A program made the position numbers and the translations under genes. 64,000 bases of DNA. Origin: Octopus bimaculoides (taxonomy: Eukaryota). Numbering within the stretch: the stretch's first letter is position 1; each line of letters opens with the position of its first letter. The stretch covers positions 57,228,642 through 57,292,641 of the forward strand of contig NC_068984.1 of the NCBI RefSeq assembly GCF_001194135.2, in the 5' to 3' direction. The notes under the pieces are model-generated. The model was given only the letters and a program-made list of their open reading frames with translations. It was not told the origin of the DNA and searched no databases. This document shows positions 38,516 to 53,154 of this stretch, piece by piece.

Positions 38516-40172
38516 TTATATAGTTACTTATGTTGCTTATGTAAAGTGCTCATCTTGTATAGAGAAATAGTTTGAGCTGATTATCTGTCTTGATGAAACA
38601 GATCTATTATCAGAAATGCTTCTGTTGCTACCATCTATTCTGTTTTGTTTTAAATCAAGCATAGAGTGTTGAAGTTTACATTTTGCAATGTGTCTTTTTC
38701 TTTTATAAGATTATAGGGTGTGATATGAATGAGATTTGAGATTTTGGCTACTATTTCTAGAGACTAAGCAACCATATTGCAGTACTTAATGACTCATTTC
38801 ACTTCACTGAATATACTTCAAGATCTTATTGGTATTCATTTTATCATAATAAAGACAGCTTGGAAAGCTAACAAATAAAATTAAGTCTTGTACAAAACAA
38901 AATGGATAAAATATCCATTTAAACTCTCTTTTATCTATCTTCACTATTCTAAAACCATCAAAATCACAAAGAAACCTTATACCATAAATATCTTAAAAAG
39001 TATATTTGCTTGCAAACATAAGCACATTTCAAGAGGTCTTAGAAACTGTTTTGTTCATTATACTATTAATACATAATATATCTGACATGGGTGAAGGAGA
39101 GAGGATGTGTGCATATATGTGTGTATGGATCCATGTGTTTATGTATACACACACACGCACACACACACATTTTAAGGAAACAGGACACTCGTATTTTATA
39201 TATATCTGTAACAGTTGGAAAAGCTTTCTAGTATGGTTGGCAGTTCATATGTAAAATGTCAATTTCAAACATCAAAATGTATTTATGAAGGGGTACTGGA
39301 TATGTATTTTCCAGTTATTTTCTATCAGTTATGTCTATTTTTTACTTTGATTATAACAGTTTGATTTAGAGATTTTTTTAAAATTACAAATACAGTGCAG
39401 TACACTAATTCAGTGCAATACACTACTTTTCTCTTTATATCAATTTATTGGGAATAGAGAAAAGAAATACATTCTGTCAAGTGCAGACTACCTTATACTT
39501 GGATAAAAACAATAAAAAAAAGAAAAGAAAACATGTAAAAATGGTAGGAGAATGCTCCCAGTGTTGAGGTTACCAAGTGTTAATTGTATTTACTTACTTC
39601 AGTTCAACACTTATGAAATTTGATCCCAGCCATGAATTTGAACTAAACTGCTTTCATACCCTCTCTTCTGAAATCAGTTGTCTTACTACTTTGACTAAAG
39701 TGCAATATTTACTGTCTGTAGATTATGTCAAAGATGATGTTGTTGTTTAGTCCCAAAGTAGCAGTGTTCAAACAGGTATATTACAAAAAGCATGTTGGCT
39801 GTGAGCACCACCTCACTCCAGCTGTTGTATTCCACTGGCTACATTGAATCCATGTGTGCTTTCTTGTGAGATGTTAGAATATGATGCAAGGGTTCTGGCT
39901 GCTATTTCCAGCTGATCAGATGATCACTCAGAGGCTCCTGCATTGGCTTGTTTTTGTTGTTATTGAAGCAATGTTGTAGAGTATTAGTGATTGCAGATGG
40001 AGACATGTCACATGATTAAGACATTCTTGCTGATCACATACAATCCCAACAGCCTTTATATAGTTTACTTTCTGATTACCTACTCCAGTATATTAATTAT
40101 CATCATCATCATCATCATCATGTTTACTTCTTCCTTGCTTGGCATGGGTTGGACTATATATATGACAGGCTT

Positions 40173-40308
40173 CAAATCTACTCACTAGACTTTGGCTGGT
40201 CTGAGGCTATAGTAGAAGACACTTGCCCAAGGTGCCAAGCAGTGAGCCTGAACCCAGAACCATGTATTTAGGAAGCAAGCTTCTTACCACTCAGTCATGC
40301 CTGCACCT
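40173..40308 (-). mobile_element. SINE family A, head only
   Basis: GAGGCTATAGTAGAAGACACTTGCCCAAGGTGCC...TTACCAC. Confidence 0.8.
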
Positions 40309-40491
40309 ACAATTAAAAGCATTTCAGCCATAATCATTCTATATTTTTTCAGATACAGTATATTGAGGATTATATTGTCTAATGTAACCTTCTTTTTAAA
40401 GTTGGTAGAGCATGATTTGCAGGAAATTTTGTTTGGCTGCTAATTTCAGCTGCCAAACAAAACTTCCAGCGAGGGAGTTACTACCTGGTCA

Positions 40492-40680
40492 TTTAACCCT
40501 TTAACATTCAGATTACACTGTCTTGAATTAATCACCTATTATCTTATGATTTCAAGATTTCAATGGTGTATTTGTTTATTTTTACTATGACATTGTAGGG
40601 TAGGTGTGAGATGTTGGATGTGGCCAGTTTGAACATAATAGAGGCAGAATATTTGGCTGGATATGGTCGGTTTAAATACT
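40492..40680 (+). mobile_element. piggyBac-like MITE (copy 2, right end truncated)
   Basis: Starts TTAACCCTTTAACATTCAGATTAC. Confidence 0.65.
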
Positions 40681-41319
40681 ACTTTGAGTTGTTTGAGTGA
40701 CTGGGTGGTGACTTGAAGACATCAAAGTAAACAATACAACTAATTGTTCTAAATAAATGTTTGCACTTAGTTTTGATTTACTAGTTATTTGTTCACGGAA
40801 AACACAATTATTTTAATATTCTACTACTTTATTCCTGCTATTCTAAAATAGTTGGCTAATTCCATGATTTTGTAGTTGCTTAACGCTAGGTCAGCCTTGA
40901 CCAAACAGACCTATGATCACAGGAATTGCAGCCTTAACCAAGTGATTTAAAAGTCCCTTTTGCATTAATATAAATTGACTAAAAACTGAGGTCCATTGAA
41001 CTAGGTTGAGTTTCTTATGGTACATTTTGTTCCCCATTCTGACCATCCCTCCCTCATACCTCACACCTCTTTGCAGCCTTTACTATTGCATTCATTATCC
41101 CTCTCTCCCTTGGCCCTAGTTGCCATCCCCATCAACTGCCACAGTTAAGGAATTCCTGGACAGTTGGTCTACTGTCATGCTGTTCATACTGCCAGCTACT
41201 CTGACCACCCTAGGCAGTTGAATTTGACAATTACAGCCAAGTTAACTGCTATATTGTGTCATGTTTGCAACAATGAGTATTCTCTCATCTTTTGATAATG
41301 ACATTTCTGTAAAATATAT

Positions 41320-41535
41320 TGGTTTCCAATTTTGGCACAAGGCCAGCAAGTTTGGGGGAGGAAGTAAGTTGATTAGATCGACCCCAGTTCTCAACTGGTA
41401 CTTATTTCATCAACCCTGAAAGGATGAAAGGCAAAGTTGACTCCAGCAAATTTTAACTCGGAACATAAAGATGGACAAAATGCTGCTAAGCATTTTGCCC
41501 AGCATGCTAACAATCTTGCCAGCTATCTGCCATTT
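41320..41535 (-). mobile_element. SINE family B
   Basis: Matches the family-B consensus. Confidence 0.8.
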
Positions 41536-43226
41536 TCTATGAAATGTATTAAAGCAATATGGATACATCCATCAAAAGTTATTTGTGATGTGAATGAATC
41601 TGGCTGCTATTTCTAGACAGGTCTAGTGACCCCCATTAGCATGAATATTCTATATCTTTATTACTATTTATTGTGAAACCAAATAAATTTGTTGTGGCAC
41701 TGTCACAGTTGAAACAATTTTAGATTATTCAAACTAGGAGTTTCTTTTCACTTCAGTGATGGCAAATCCTTTACCTGAATCAATTTTAGAAATTTTAGTA
41801 AGACATTAAATTGTAATTACTAGTCTGTTGTAAAAAACAACAATTTGACACTCATGAACATTTTTGAGAGGTAGTTCAAAATTCTCTTTAATAAAGATTA
41901 TTGCTATCTTCAATTATCTTGACAAAATAAATTGAATGAAGTCTCTAAATTAATTTCCCTTTTGGTATCTCACTTAGTGACAGATTTCTAAGCCATTCTT
42001 TTGTATAAACCCACCCACCAAAATTAAAGCTAAATGAAAGAAAAATTTCAATAATTCTATAAAAAAATAATTCTATTGGTTCTATCTATAGTCTTCACCT
42101 CTTGAGTTAATTTTATTGTTTGTCATGGATGGTTTGTTATCAATAGTGAATGCTCTTATTTCAGAATTCCCATCTCTCCACCCTTTCCAATTTCACTTTA
42201 TTCATTGTTCTGTAGGGATTTGTTTGTTGTTGATGGGGTTTCTTTGTGTTGTTTTGATATCAGTTTAAATGAGGATAAAAGAAAAAGAGAAACAATTTCT
42301 TTAATCAACCAGAAATAGATTTATTTAATTACCATTTTATACTTTGCTGTTGATTAATATAAATCCATGAAAATTTGGTCTTTAATGCTGATGAAGAAAT
42401 TTACTCAAGCATAGTGTTCTTGCATTCTTCTCTGGGGACTATTTCATAAATTCAATTACTACATTTAATCATTCTTGTATTTTGCACTTTGCTGTTGGTA
42501 ATTGAAGACTTTAAGAAATTTGCATATGCATTGACTTATAAATCTGTACACGACGAGTTTTATCATTCATTTAAACAGAAACAATAAGTATTTATTCAAA
42601 AGATAACCTTAGGCAAGTGAGATTCCATCATATCTTGTTAATTTGATGTCTGAATGAGGAAATTTCATTTGAATGTTTGATAGTGTTCTCAGGTTTTATG
42701 ACATTTGGATATATGGGATACATTGCATAATGACATGGGAGTAACACAGGAGTACAACCTATTATCAATAAAGAGGATTGTGGTTATTATCGTTTAACCC
42801 CAGGTCAACCCTCAATTTGCTGACTTATAGTCAAGGATGTTCCAATCATAATCAATGCATCCCTTTTGTTTATCTAGGACAGCATTTTCCAGTCATCTTC
42901 TTTTTTTTAAAGACAACAGGGTGTAATTAAAGATAATTTAGTTGCTGTATCTAGCAGGTCATATGATCATGAAGATTCTCTCTCATATAACAGAGAAGAT
43001 TTTCAACATGGGAGTATAATTCCTGTTAAGTGTGTAATTGGATCAAATCTTGGTACTTTTATATCTATCTACCTCTTTTGGCATACACATTTCACTGGTC
43101 TGATGAATAACCAAACAACTTAAATCTTTGTTTTCCCATCATCCAACTTGTATCATTGTCTTACTATTTTTTTATTTTTAAAATCTGCAATCGGTTAAAC
43201 TGCAGAAACTACTAACACATAAACAA

Positions 43227-43259
<33 letters not shown>

Positions 43260-43659
43260 CACATGTCGGGATAATTAGTAATAACCTTTGTATCAGCACT
43301 GGCAGCTTCACTAATCAATTTTATGTTGTGCAAATTCAAATGCTTCTTGAATCTTTCAAACCAGCCAATACTAACCAGAAAAGGTTTTACATTAGAAGTT
43401 TCACTTTCCTATTTCTGAAAATTGCTATACAAATTTTTGGTTTCTGTTAATTACCACTATGCTTATCAGCACTATGTGGTAAGTCTGATCTTCATCCCAA
43501 GAGCTGTTTGTTCCATTTTAAGTACCATGTTAGATCAATGAGAAAAATAGTTCAAGCAGTTAACAAAGTAACTTCTTGTGCACTTGACTTTCTCCCTATT
43601 GTCATGTATGTTTCCTGTTATAGACATTGCAAGCTTTAGTGATGTTCTACTTGTATTAT

Positions 43660-43830
43660 GTTTGAACTGGCCAGATCTGGCCTCTCACACCTATGTGACA
43701 ATGTCATTTAAAGCATAAACAATCACATCATTGAAATCTCAAAGTTCCAAGAAAATATATAGTTAATTCAAAGCAATATGAATAAATACAGATTACATAT
43801 GATGGGTTAATCTGAATGCTATAGGATTAA
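43660..43830 (-). mobile_element. piggyBac-like MITE (copy 3, partial)
   Basis: Ends TCTGAATGCTATAGGATTAA, the reverse complement of the left terminus. Confidence 0.6.
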
Positions 43831-44064
43831 AGACATTTCATTTAAGATTTAAAATGTACTAAAGTATGTTAGCTAATGTGATTGCATTTTATTTTAGATG
43901 GAATGGATTATCTTGCTCATATTATAATTGCTGTTGCTCATTAAGGAATTGGTGGTCTGGTAATGGTGGTGGTGGTGGTGGTTGTTATACTGGTTTTAGT
44001 GTTGATGCTAGTTGTGTTAGTGTTGATGATAGGTAACAGTGGTGGTAGAGGTTGCTTAATACAT

Positions 44065-44099
<35 letters not shown>

Positions 44100-45831
44100 C
44101 ATGTATGTATTGGCAGATAGGTAGATAAAATTATAGATAGATATTCATTGTAACTCAAGAAAATATACACAAACACACACAAATGTTCGCAGTGAAAAGT
44201 TCCACCTCACTCTCTGTGTGTGTTTAGAGTGATGCACAAACACACACACACACATGTATATATGTATCATGTTTGTAGTTTTGAAATCGTTAACTTTGAT
44301 CTTAGCTAAAACGCTGAGAAGAAGCTTTTTAGTAGTGAACAAGGAAGTGTAGTTTTAAAATTCTTAAAATTTATTCAAGTTTTCATAAGAATAAAATTAC
44401 AGACCATACCTCGAAATTAGTGGTCATATTTTACAATTGCTCTATGTGTAAAATCCTGTACATAAAGTAGTCATAATGTGAAGAGAGTGTGTGTGTGTGT
44501 GTGTACACATGCATGTATGTGCACACATACAGATATGTATTACATAGGCACACTTGACTATGTATATATAATGTTACTTGTAGCTGTTTATTTGGCTATA
44601 GCATTTTAGTTCTTTCATCCAACAAATAAGATATGTTAGTAAACTTCTATCCAGTCAGTTATAGATTGTAGTGATAAAGCTCTCTTTTGAGAATATGTGT
44701 TCCCAGCTGTCAATTCCCAGTTTCCTTGTTTATGAATGCTTTTATCTTATTGCTGCCATTCTGACCTGTCATTGGATGAAAATGGCAATAGACGTGCTAG
44801 TGTTTTCTTATTGCAATTGCTGTAGTGGCTTTTTAACAGTTGACAATTAAGTATATTTGCTTTTATTGTGCTAACTTTACATGGTAAGAGATATTCATTC
44901 AGAAAGGTTTTGATACTATCCTTAAGCCATACCAAAGTTTGATATTAATAATAAATATCAAATTTACATTCACTTTTCCCAATAATTGTTAATTATATGA
45001 GTAAAATATGAATTATTTAGTTAAGGACTTCACAGAAAGTGTCAATGGATTCTTGATATAACTAGGTTCTGAAATCTAAGTGGAGGATAATTATGATAGA
45101 AACTGACATAGAAAATATTGGAATAAAGTAGTTAGATCATTCTCAAGAGCACCTTTGGGATTGTTCAAAATTATAAATTATGACAAATGGAAAAACTTGC
45201 CATCACTGATAAGATGAGTCATCAATACCATCATCCAGTCTATGCTTGCATGAATTGGATGATGATATTGATGAGGAAAGAATGTAGCTTTTTTTTTTAT
45301 TTATGCTTTTTGTTTTTTTAGATTTTGGTTTTTGTGTTGAAAAATGCCTAAGCATAATGTTAGATCATTTTGATATTATATCCTTCCTCAATATGCAACT
45401 TTTTTCCCTTATTTATATTGTTTTCTTTTTTTTTTTAAGATGTTAGAAATAATCAGTAGAGCATTTGATAAAATATTTTGTGGTATTTTGCTACATTCTA
45501 AGTCAAAATTCCATTGAAATTCACTTTGTCTTTGATTCTTCTGAGATTGATAAAATAAGTATTGGAGTTGACTATACATTAAAAATCTTGCCTAGAATGG
45601 TCTCAGCTGAAATAAATAAAAGAATTAAAAAAATATTATTTTGAAAATTTCTTTACATTGGTTCTTTTGAGACTGTTTTGTATTTTTGAGTGCTAAGATC
45701 TTTCATTGCGTGATTATGGCTTTTACATATTAAAACATAATGTGTGCCTAATGTGCACTTGAATAACCACAGTGCAGCAATCTAATCGTATGGTTACTAA
45801 CATATAAACACAGAAGCACACATTCACCTCT

Positions 45832-45884
<53 letters not shown>

Positions 45885-46309
45885 AACACACATGTATATA
45901 CAGATACACATACAAACACGTATATACATGTACACATATAAATGAACATACATGCACAGTTTTACAAACACAAATCCACCTACACATATCAAAGAAATTA
46001 ATATGTATACACTAAAACAGTAGAGCTGGGTGGATGTTATGAGAAGTAATTTGATTTATATATAGACATAGGACTGAAAATTAGACTGGGATAGTTGGAC
46101 AGTGAGGGTGTTAGGAGAAGAGGAATAATTTACTCCGTATATAAACATAGATTTGAAAGACAAGTGGAGGAGCAGCAATTCACACTTTGGTGTGATAGAT
46201 ATCACACCTGGATAAAGTTTTTATTTATCTTTATCTCTTTATTCTTGCTAGACTGGACTAGCACTCTGTCGTTTATAGTAATGAAGGTTCCAGTTGATTT
46301 GATCAACTG

Positions 46310-46565
46310 CTTGTGAAATTAAAGGGCAAGCGGCTGAGCACTCCACATGAAGACATTCCTTTAGTGTAGTTCTCAAGGAGATTCAGTATGACACACCAAA
46401 TATGACAAGGCCAGCCCTTTGAATTACAGGTACAACTCATTTTTCCCAACAGAGTGAACTGGAGCAATATGAAATAAAGTGTCTTGCTCAAGAACACAAT
46501 GCATTGCTGGGAATCAAACTCATGACCTTAGGCTGTGAGCCAAATACCCTAACCGCTAAGCCATA
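46310..46565 (-). mobile_element. tRNA-derived CORE-like SINE, family C (also 53345-53520 + and 59040-59280 -)
   Basis: Minus strand TGGCTTAGCGGTTAGGG...GAGTTTGATTCCCAG...GTGTTCTTGAGCAAGACACTTTATTTCA. Confidence 0.65.
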
Positions 46566-47658
46566 CTTTGTGTATTAATGTTTAATTTTTGATTGTGTGA
46601 ATCATTCCTTTATAATTGTAGTTATTTGTTCTACACTATTCAAAAAACACATCTCTTTGTTGTGAACTTAGTAAACATGAAACACATGATTTAGATTTTG
46701 CAAAGATATAGCCATACTATATCATTATTTATTAATCCTGCAGCACCTTTTGGGTGCACAGTGTTCTTGTGAATTCATATTACATATTTCTGTCTTGAAC
46801 CACTTCTTACATGTCCATCCAATTTTCTTCATAATCCTCTTTCATCATTCTTGGCTAGATTCCTCTCACTCTGCTATGTCTTCTCTTTCCCATAGTTTAC
46901 TATTTCAAAGTTTACTTTTTAAGATTCCCTATTCTTCAAATTTATCTTTTCCTAATAGATTTCCTTCCATTTGAAAAACAAAATTCTAAGATTTATTTTG
47001 AAAATTTCTTAAACTTTCTTCCAAATTTTCATGTTTTTTTAGGCACTAAATATATTTACATTATTCACTATTTAAGATTAATACTCTCACTTTTTAACTC
47101 TATTTGTGCATGTTAAAAAAATGACTGAGTTTATGAATTTTTTTTTTTAATTAGCTGGGGCTCTAAAATGAATGGGCAGACAAAACTTTTCACCAGATGT
47201 GCACACATAAGCTCACAGACACTTAAGCCTCATACAGAGGCTGACACAGTTGTACAAATCAAATATAAACAAACTTAAGGGTCACAATAAGTAGAAAAGG
47301 GGAAATGCACTCTGATACCTAACAACACTCTCCAGATAATTACTTAGAGCACATGCGCAGATGATGTTTGATTCCAACTGAGGTGTATTTGTTTTTCACT
47401 ATTCATTCAGACTGTTCTCTTTATATTTGATTTGTATGACTGTGTGTCTGTATGTATGTATTTATGTGTGTGAAAATATATTTTAAAACATTTTTTTTAT
47501 GTAAATTGATTTTAATTTCTGAAAATAAGTTTTCTCTATATATTTATTGTTAAAGAAATGTATGTGTGTGTGTATATATATAATCATTTAATATATGTAT
47601 TTATTTATTTATATATTCATTGTTGTTAATATTGTTTTTATTTTTATTTTTCTTGCAG

Positions 47659-49194
47659 TTACTGGCAGAAATCTCTGAATTGGATGAGACTTGTGGTGAG
47701 AACAATCATATTCTATCCCAAACGGAACACAGTGAAAATATACAGCATAATGATAATTCATTAAGTCGAAGTGAAACTTACTGGTCTCCGGGAAGCAGTC
47801 CTTCTATGCGAAAACCTTACAGACGCAGCCTTAGCCTGCCTTTTGCCAACCATGATGGTGAAGACGGCAGGTCAATACTTCACTGTTCAAAGGTTGATTT
47901 GGAGTATCCAGTGACAACAGCAGGTTTTGGATCCCCCCCTGAATTACCCAGCAAGATTGGCAGAAGCCTACGTAAACACAATACGGTAAGACGTTTTTCC
48001 ACCCAGCGAAGTTTAAGCTCCGACTGCACTAAAGAGAAACACTTTTCAACCAGTGCTGAGAGTCATGGTTACTCTAGAGTGCTTGATGACTTATCTCCTT
48101 CACACCACACAGTCAGTTTCACTCCAGCTACAGAGGAAACAGCTGGTAGTGACTATTCTAAAACTTTATTAAAAAGAACAACAGATCGGCCTGCATCTCT
48201 AGATGAGGTCCAACTTCGGGCTCAGTTTTTGGATTTACGACTAAAAGGATACAATGCCTCTGAAGTAACAACAAGCAAATCTAACGGGAAGGTTTCTCCT
48301 TCTCTGTCTGACCACTTTAATAAGCCTTGTTTGTATGATAGTGAAACTGGTATTATTATCCAACATGGTGATGAAATAAATTACTTACCTCCCAAAAGTC
48401 CAGGAATACTACGAAGAATGTTTCGTCGTGGGAGATCTTTCAGTGAAAAAGTTAAGCCTCTAAGGCTTGATGAAGTTATAATTGCTCCAAAAGAATCTCT
48501 GGCTCGGAAAATGTCCATGAAGTCAATTTTCCGTCGAAGTAGAAGTGGCAGTAATTCTTCTCAGAAGAGTAAAGAATTTGATGCTTCCATTAAGGATTTA
48601 CTTGGCTCCAATGCTGGTAGATTGGAGGATGGCAGTGATGACAGAATGTCTAAGGAATCATATGAGAAAGGAAGTGATCCGTCAGGTTTGCCTTTAACAC
48701 CAATGAGTGATGAAGGCAGCCACCGGAGTAACTTCTCATCTTTAAGCATGATTTCCTCAGCAAGTTCTACACCACCCACTTCTCCAGCTAGTTTTAGTTG
48801 TACTCTTGTTGGCTCTGACATACCAAAAGATGAAGTATTTGAGGATGATAATACTTTGAGTCTAGCCTATGACAAGAACTACAACAGTAAGTTGCTCTCA
48901 TTTCGGAAATCATGCAAACAACACCAGCCTCGTAATAGTTGTGTTGGTAAAGGGGTCAGTGAGTCAGAAGCCACTGGTGCATATAGTGGATCTTCCAGCA
49001 ATTCAAATGCTTACTTTGCTGCATCTGACTTGCATTCTGGATCTGGCTCATCCTTTCAGCACCCCACACCAATGTCAGCTCAGGAAATGGATAAACTTGC
49101 TGCTGTTGCCCGTGGCGAGATGGTGTCCAGTAACAGTAGTGACAGTGGTATACAACATGATTCTAGCCTTCAGTCCAGCAATGAGTCATTGAAG
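47659..49194 (+). CDS. Large internal coding exon (512 codons, phase 0-0) of an unidentified gene; Ser-rich, probably disordered signalling/adaptor-type region
   Basis: Uninterrupted 1.5-kb frame in otherwise stop-rich DNA, at higher GC. Acceptor TTTTTATTTTTCTTGCAG| at 47658 and donor AAG|GTAAGT at 49194, both in frame. Protein runs LLAEISELDE...RRSLSLP...RRGRSFSE...RRSRSGS...SSDSGIQHDSSLQSSNESLK. Confidence 0.88.
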
Positions 49195-51080
49195 GTAAGT
49201 TAATAAACTAAATGAATAAATAAATATTGAGCACAGTACTCTGCTCAAATAATTCATTTCAATATATTTGTTTCTAACGCCATGCTGCTCTTCAAGGATG
49301 GTTCTTGAGCAGTAGGGAACAAGGGACACTTTGTCTGAAAATGTATCAATATTTGAAGAAGTTGTTTATGATTTTCACTCTATCTTTGCAGCAAAAATAA
49401 CAATGTTAGACTAGGAAAAAAAATTTTTATTGAGAAATTCAAATTTTAAACCTTCAAATCATTTCTTTTTTCAGAAAATTACTGACACAAATTCAAATAT
49501 ATTTCCTCCTTTTTTCAGTTACAAAAATTTGGGAAAATTCTTGCTAAGATATATGTTATTGACTACAAGAAAATATTTGGCAAAATTATAGAGAATTGTA
49601 GTGATAGAGAGGAAAGGTTAATCGGGTTAGAATCAATTTTCTCTTTGGTTTATTAGGGCGTAATAGTTTTTGGAACAATACATTATTGGTATATGCTATA
49701 GAAAAGAGTACTTCTAAAGCCATTAGATCTTCCTGTTCTTGTTGTAGAATGAATAAATATCGTAGCAGCTTTCTGTATGTAAATAATTTAATGTGAAGGA
49801 AATTACTATGCTAGGAAATGGTTTCAAGGGTTATGATCAATTGTTTAGTTCCAGGTACTGCTCAGTCAGTGAGCTTTTCCAGTAATACTAACTGTAGTTA
49901 AATAAAAACAAAAGAGAAAGAGAAAACTAGGGGATTTATGTTAGATTGTTCAAAACCTTTGTAGCTTGCTAAAGCAATGGAGGATAACAAAATAAATATA
50001 TCGAGGTGTTTCAGGTAGACAATATACTGGAGATGTAAATTATTGAAGAGTTGCTTCAGGTTATGTAACTACCTATATTCTTTTGGCTAAACTAAAGTCT
50101 AACAAATTTGAAAATTAAATCAGATGAATATATTGAGAAAAATTAAGCTAGCACACAATGGTTCAGGGAGAAATAAAATCAGATTAAGCTAATGGAGGAT
50201 CAGTAGTATATATTTTGAAGGAGCCCATCTTAAATAACATGAAAATTTACTATCAGAAAATATAATTTTTTAAAAAATACCATTGTAATATCATAGTTAA
50301 ACAAATAATCCATGAATATATTTTCATTATCAAAGTATTATAATTAGCATTGAAAATTGACAAACATTGGTTCAAACTTTGTTTTGATTAAATTATATTT
50401 TCATCATTTGACATAAACAAAATTGTTTAAGATAGCGAAAGTATCTATTCTCATACAGCACTTGTTCATTCACGCAAACTTGTTCAATCTGCTTAAACTC
50501 GTAATGCTTCTTTTGTTGTTATTGTTGATTTTTTTTTGTATATACTATATATTTTGTTTAAATAGATTACTTTCTTAAATAATGTATTGTTTCCAAAACT
50601 AATTTATCACACTTGAAGTGTAGATTTTAAGAAAGCATGAAGCCTATAAGATGTGCTTTGTTTGTTATTATATTTATCTAGCAATGGACGCAGAGTAAAA
50701 TATATAAATGTATTTCATTGTTTTCATGAAATCTTTTAAATTTCAGTGTATGCACTAATTTTTTGTGTAATCCATGCATTAGATTATCTCTTTAAATTTA
50801 TTTTTCATCCAACCCATATTTTCAATGAAATACAATATTCATACTAGTTAAGATAGTTTTTAATTTATTATTTATTTATATTTTTTCATGTTATGAAGTA
50901 ATACTTTCTCAAGACCTGTATATACATTATTATTGAGCTATAGAAATAAATATCTAAAGAGTACTTTTCCCATACTTAAAGAAGAGGCTCAGTGACTGAG
51001 TCTAAATTATCATTAACTGATCTCAGATGGCAAAACATGGGTGGGGTACCTTTATTTATTCAATTGCAGATGCTGCATGA

Positions 51081-51212
<132 letters not shown>

Positions 51213-51373
51213 TAGTCAAGTTTTGGGTATAATCTAAAATTAATATTGGGCCATATTTTTGTCAGAGTCAACTGTGTTGTTTTCTAAAGCATTATTGTAA
51301 GACAAACTAGATTGTAGACTTTTCATGATTGATTAATAATTGTCAAAGATAAACCAATATTTCTTGTCTCGGT

Positions 51374-51600
51374 TTAATCCTTTAGCATTCAGATCAATTT
51401 ATCAAATGTAAGCTTATTTATCTATGTTTTTAAAAATTAATTATGTAGTATCTTGTAGCTTCAAGGTTTTGAAGATGTGATTATTTATTTCAAGAATGAC
51501 ATTGTAGGGTAGGTGTGAGAGACTGGATCTGGTCAGTTTCAACATAAAACAAGTAAAATATTTGGGCTGGATATGGCCAGTTTAAATGTTAAGGGTTTAT
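51374..51600 (+). mobile_element. piggyBac-like MITE (copy 4)
   Basis: TTAATCCTTTAGCATTCAGA ... TTTAAATGTTAAGGGTTTA. Confidence 0.7.
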
Positions 51601-52307
51601 ACTTTTAAACTGCAGTAAAAATGTTTATCTTCAGAGAAACATTATTAAATATTTCTGTATCAATTGACCATATATCATACTTGGAAGTTAATAGACAAAC
51701 ATATTTAATAACTGTAAATGAGATTTAGAGCTTGACAGACAGTATATTGTCTTTCTATAGTTTCATGCCTTTGAGATAAGTAATATTTAGCTAAGTAGAA
51801 AAGGCACTTTTGAGATGAGTAATATTTAGCTAAGTAGAAAATTAATGATTTTAAACTATTTAGACTCTAAATTGTTGAATAAAAGTGTTCATTATAGGGA
51901 TACGGTTTTCTTCATTGAATTTAAATAGTTTTCTCAGCATCCTTGATCACATCACATCACATATTGATTATCTTTTGAATCTTTCTCCATCTTTTTTTTT
52001 TTTTAAGTGTTCTGTTTATACCTAATGTGTTTTGTTTACTGAGGCAATCCCATTGTGAGATACTGCTGATCCTACCTTGTTAACTACAGATTTAAAAAAA
52101 AAGAAAAAAAACCCCAAAAAACAATGCTTGGTTTTGTACTATTCTTTTTTGTTTTGTCTTGTCTTTTAATCAACCAAACACTGCATGAATGTACCAAGTA
52201 TAGTACTATACAACAATAGTCTAGTGTGTATTGTTCTGCATCATTTTATGGATTTGAATTTGTTGCAACTCTCTCCTCTCCCCCTCCCTCCCCTCTCTTT
52301 CTCTCTT

Positions 52308-52345
<38 letters not shown>

Positions 52346-52914
52346 AAACATAAGTGTTTATTTTCTAGATGTTTCAAAAATATAAATTTCACATTAGCAT
52401 CGTAGTTCCATTTTCCATTGTATAATATTTATTGAAACAAAGGCAAGTTTGTGCACATGACAATAATATACTGAACTAGGCATTCAAGCCTGTTTGCTTG
52501 CTATACATACTGAATTATATTTTCATAGTGAAAGAATACAGTTGGAAATTAACTCTAGTGCTATACTGATAAAAATTGGTTGAAACAATTTAAGTAAATA
52601 TTGAAAACCTGGCAAGAGATTTTCTTTTTTACTTAATTGATCATTTAAAATGTGTCACATCTAACAATAGATATTGTTATATTGTTTTCTCAAGTAGAAA
52701 TCATTTTAGTATTTTCCAAGTTATTAGCTCTCAGAGATGTATTTGTACTTGTAAAATAATTTTTCTTTCTGTGTGTAGTAATGATAATTGTTGTTGTTTT
52801 GCTCCAGACTAAGCAGACTCATGTTCAAAGGCTTTCCAGTCTTGGACAGCTGGTCTTTTGTATCAGGCACAGTATTGTCTATGATTACATTTTTCTAATG
52901 ACTTATCTGTTTCT

Positions 52915-53154
52915 TATTTCTTTATTGCTCTCAAGGGGCTAAACATAGAGGGAATAAACAAGGACAAACAAAGGGATTAAGTTGATTACATCGACCCCAG
53001 TGTGTAACTGGTACTTAATTTATCAACCCCGAAAGGATGAAAGGCAAAGTTGACCTCAGCAGAATTTGAACTCAGAACGTAGCGGCAGATGAAATACCGC
53101 TAAGCATTTCGCCCGGTGTACTAACGTTTCTGCCAGCTCACCACCTTTATCAGA
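52915..53154 (-). mobile_element. SINE family B, long-tail variant, with 19-bp target-site duplication
   Basis: TAATGACTTATCTGTTTCT occurs at 52896-52914 and 53155-53173. Confidence 0.9.

Noticed and set aside
41000-41280. Possible Penelope GIY-YIG remnant
   Set aside because: No intact motif; the resemblance is too weak.
51770-51842. Short tandem duplications (also 21628-21672 and 21185-21300)
   Set aside because: Ordinary slippage-type duplications with no further structure.
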